The notes under the pieces are model-generated. The model was not told the origin of the DNA, searched no databases, and saw nothing but the letters and a program-made list of their open reading frames with translations. From Mobula hypostoma (lineage: Eukaryota), in NCBI RefSeq assembly GCF_963921235.1, contig NC_086097.1:214708001-214772000 (forward strand): 64,000 bases of DNA. Direction: 5' to 3'. Each line of letters starts with the position of its first letter. The stretch's first letter is position 1. Both the position numbers and the translations under genes were made by a program. Below are positions 62,149 through 64,000 of this stretch, one piece after another.

Positions 62149-62879
62149 TAACTGTTAACCAATCTTGTTTCCAGCTTTTTTCTGAAGTAAATGGTATCCT
62201 TAAAGGTCAATAGCAGTACCCCATTATCGATTTGTCAATTAAAAGTAATTAAGGCTTTGACTTTGTTGGAACCTTGCATTAACAGTATATCTCATTATTT
62301 AAGAGGGGTTTTTTTTTGCTTCACTCTTCTACATATATAAACAACTTTAGGAATCAGAACCCGCAGTTTCAAGTTTTCCCTTTCTGAGCCAGAGAGTTGA
62401 TTGATGTTGTAGGAACATAATTCTCAGTGAAAAGGTGCTAATAGTGGCTCTAACTTTCTACATCTAATTTAACTGGCAATTAGGATGCAAATACAGCAAC
62501 TAGTGGAGAAACTCAGAGCAAACTGCCGCTTTCACGAGGCTGATGGCAGAGTGGTGCAGATCATCCAGCAATGTGGCAATTCGCGAATCACTGCCTGCCT
62601 CTTCCTCAGCAGAAGATGTCAGATGATTTACACAGCAATAACGTCAGGCACATTTAAACTTGCCACAGCCATTATCTTGATAGTAAATTTATGTCCAGTG
62701 ACAGGAAGCTTCTGGCAGAGGATAGATCCAGTTACTTGCTTGAGTGTCACTGTGAACTTGGCTCACTTTGACCTCACTGCATGTATTCCTCAAACCCCAA
62801 TGTGTGATTTACTCTGTTCACTTGAGTAGATTTTGGCCTTATCTAACAGAGATATTAATCAGCTCAGTTTTTGAAAGAC

Positions 62880-64000
62880 TGAGTATATATCACCATATAC
62901 TGCCTTGAGATTCATTTTCTTGGAGAGATATTTTCAATATTATTTCTAAGGTATTAAATATAGATATCTCTCCTCACCCTATTACTGCTATCTTTGGACT
63001 ACCTAAAATTTCTAGTAATCTTTCCCCTTCAGCCCGTAGAATGATTGCATTTCTTACTTTAATGGCGAAAAGATGTATTTTACAACATTGGAAAGAGCTT
63101 AATGCTCCAACTACCTTTTTTTGGTTTTCTCAGACGATTTTATGTTTGAATCTGGAGAAAATTAGAAGTAACCTTTATGATTCTTCATTTAAATTTGAAC
63201 AGATTTGGGGACCTTTTATTCGATATTTTCATTTAATGTAATATTTACCCTTCTTGTTTTCTCTTCACTGTTTTAATGGAGGTCGGGATTGAGGACGTGA
63301 TTTTAAGTTTAACTCTGTTTGGTTTCAAGTTAGCCCATTGCTTTGCTTTGCTTTTAGTTAGTTGCACGGTGGGTTTTTTTTTGGGGTTTTTTTTTTCTTT
63401 TTTTCCATTGATATATATAAAATCTAGTATACTATTATGTTATCTTGGTTTCTTATGCTTAAATTACATTGTTTGTAGTATTTTCTTTTTGGTATTGTTA
63501 TCTTTTGGAATTTTATTATACTTTAACATTGTATTAATGTTTATATGGCTTACCTTTTTTGTATACTTACTCAATAAAAAGATTTAAAAAGAAAGAAAGA
63601 GATTCATTTTCTTACAGTCATTTACAGGAAAAGAGGAAATAAAATAGAATTTTATTTTAAAAAAAAACTATACATAAATAGACTGGCAAACAACCAATGT
63701 GCAAAAGAAGCCAAACTGTCCAGATAAAAATAACGCCAAGAACATGAGTGTAAAGGATGCTTGAAATTGAGTCTATGTCGTCAAATCAGTTCAGAGTAGT
63801 GGTGAAAGAAGTTATCCACACCATTTCAAGGGCCTGATGATTGTAAGATAATGACTGTTCATGTCGTGCTGGTTGTGGGACCTAAGGCTTCTGTACCTCC
63901 TGCCTAATGGTAGTAGCAAGAGGAGGGTATGGCCTAGGTGGTGGTGGGGCGGGTTCTTTGATGATAGATGCTGCTTTCTTGTGGCCGCACTCCACGTAAA
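62880..64000 (-). mobile_element. Rex1 3' end interrupted by L1
   Basis: caccatatactgccttgagattcattttctt is the reverse of the Rex1 tail; it continues after 63613 (caaacaaccaatgtgcaaaag...cttctgtacctcctgcctaatgg). Confidence 0.8.
62922..63598 (+). mobile_element. Young 5'-truncated L1-clade LINE
   Basis: ORF2 C-terminus AKRCILQHWK...LNLEKIR...FEQIWGPFIRYF*; T-rich 3' UTR; AATAAA with (GAAA)n tail; perfect 15-bp TSD GAGATTCATTTTCTT (62907-62921 / 63599-63613). Confidence 0.9.

Noticed and set aside
62485..62829. 114-aa ATG-initiated ORF
   Set aside because: No recognisable homology or splice context; kept only as a candidate non-coding element.
1..64000. CRISPR array, operon or prokaryotic defence system
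   Set aside because: There are no regularly spaced direct repeats and no gene-dense coding sequence. The window is vertebrate repeat-rich DNA.

Overview
This is eukaryotic, AT-rich, repeat-dense non-coding DNA (intergenic or a large intron). The repeat inventory points to a cartilaginous fish, probably a ray; this is an inference from HE1/V-SINEs, CR1, Rex1/Babar, Penelope-like elements, Dong/R4, RTE, L1, Tc1 and Chapaev-like transposase. I found no intact protein-coding gene, rRNA, true tRNA or CRISPR array. Nearly every recognisable ORF is a decayed transposon fragment. Main points: (1) about 10 Penelope-like terminal repeats carry a minimal type-I hammerhead ribozyme motif (CUGAYGA...GAAAC-GUC); the copy at 56736-56771 has an intact core and sits in a TSD-flanked palindrome. 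(2) An apparently full-length Rex1 has an exact 5' inversion resembling twin priming. (3) Several nested insertions can be reconstructed: an LTR in an LTR, a Penelope fragment in a Chapaev-like element in a Dong element, a 6-bp-TSD MITE in CR1, a Tc1 in a composite MITE, an L1 in Rex1, and a V-SINE in a V-SINE. (4) A few repeat-free, homeobox-motif-rich islands may be conserved enhancers. Family names come from recalled motifs, not database searches. Boundaries are approximate unless a TSD or TIR is given.
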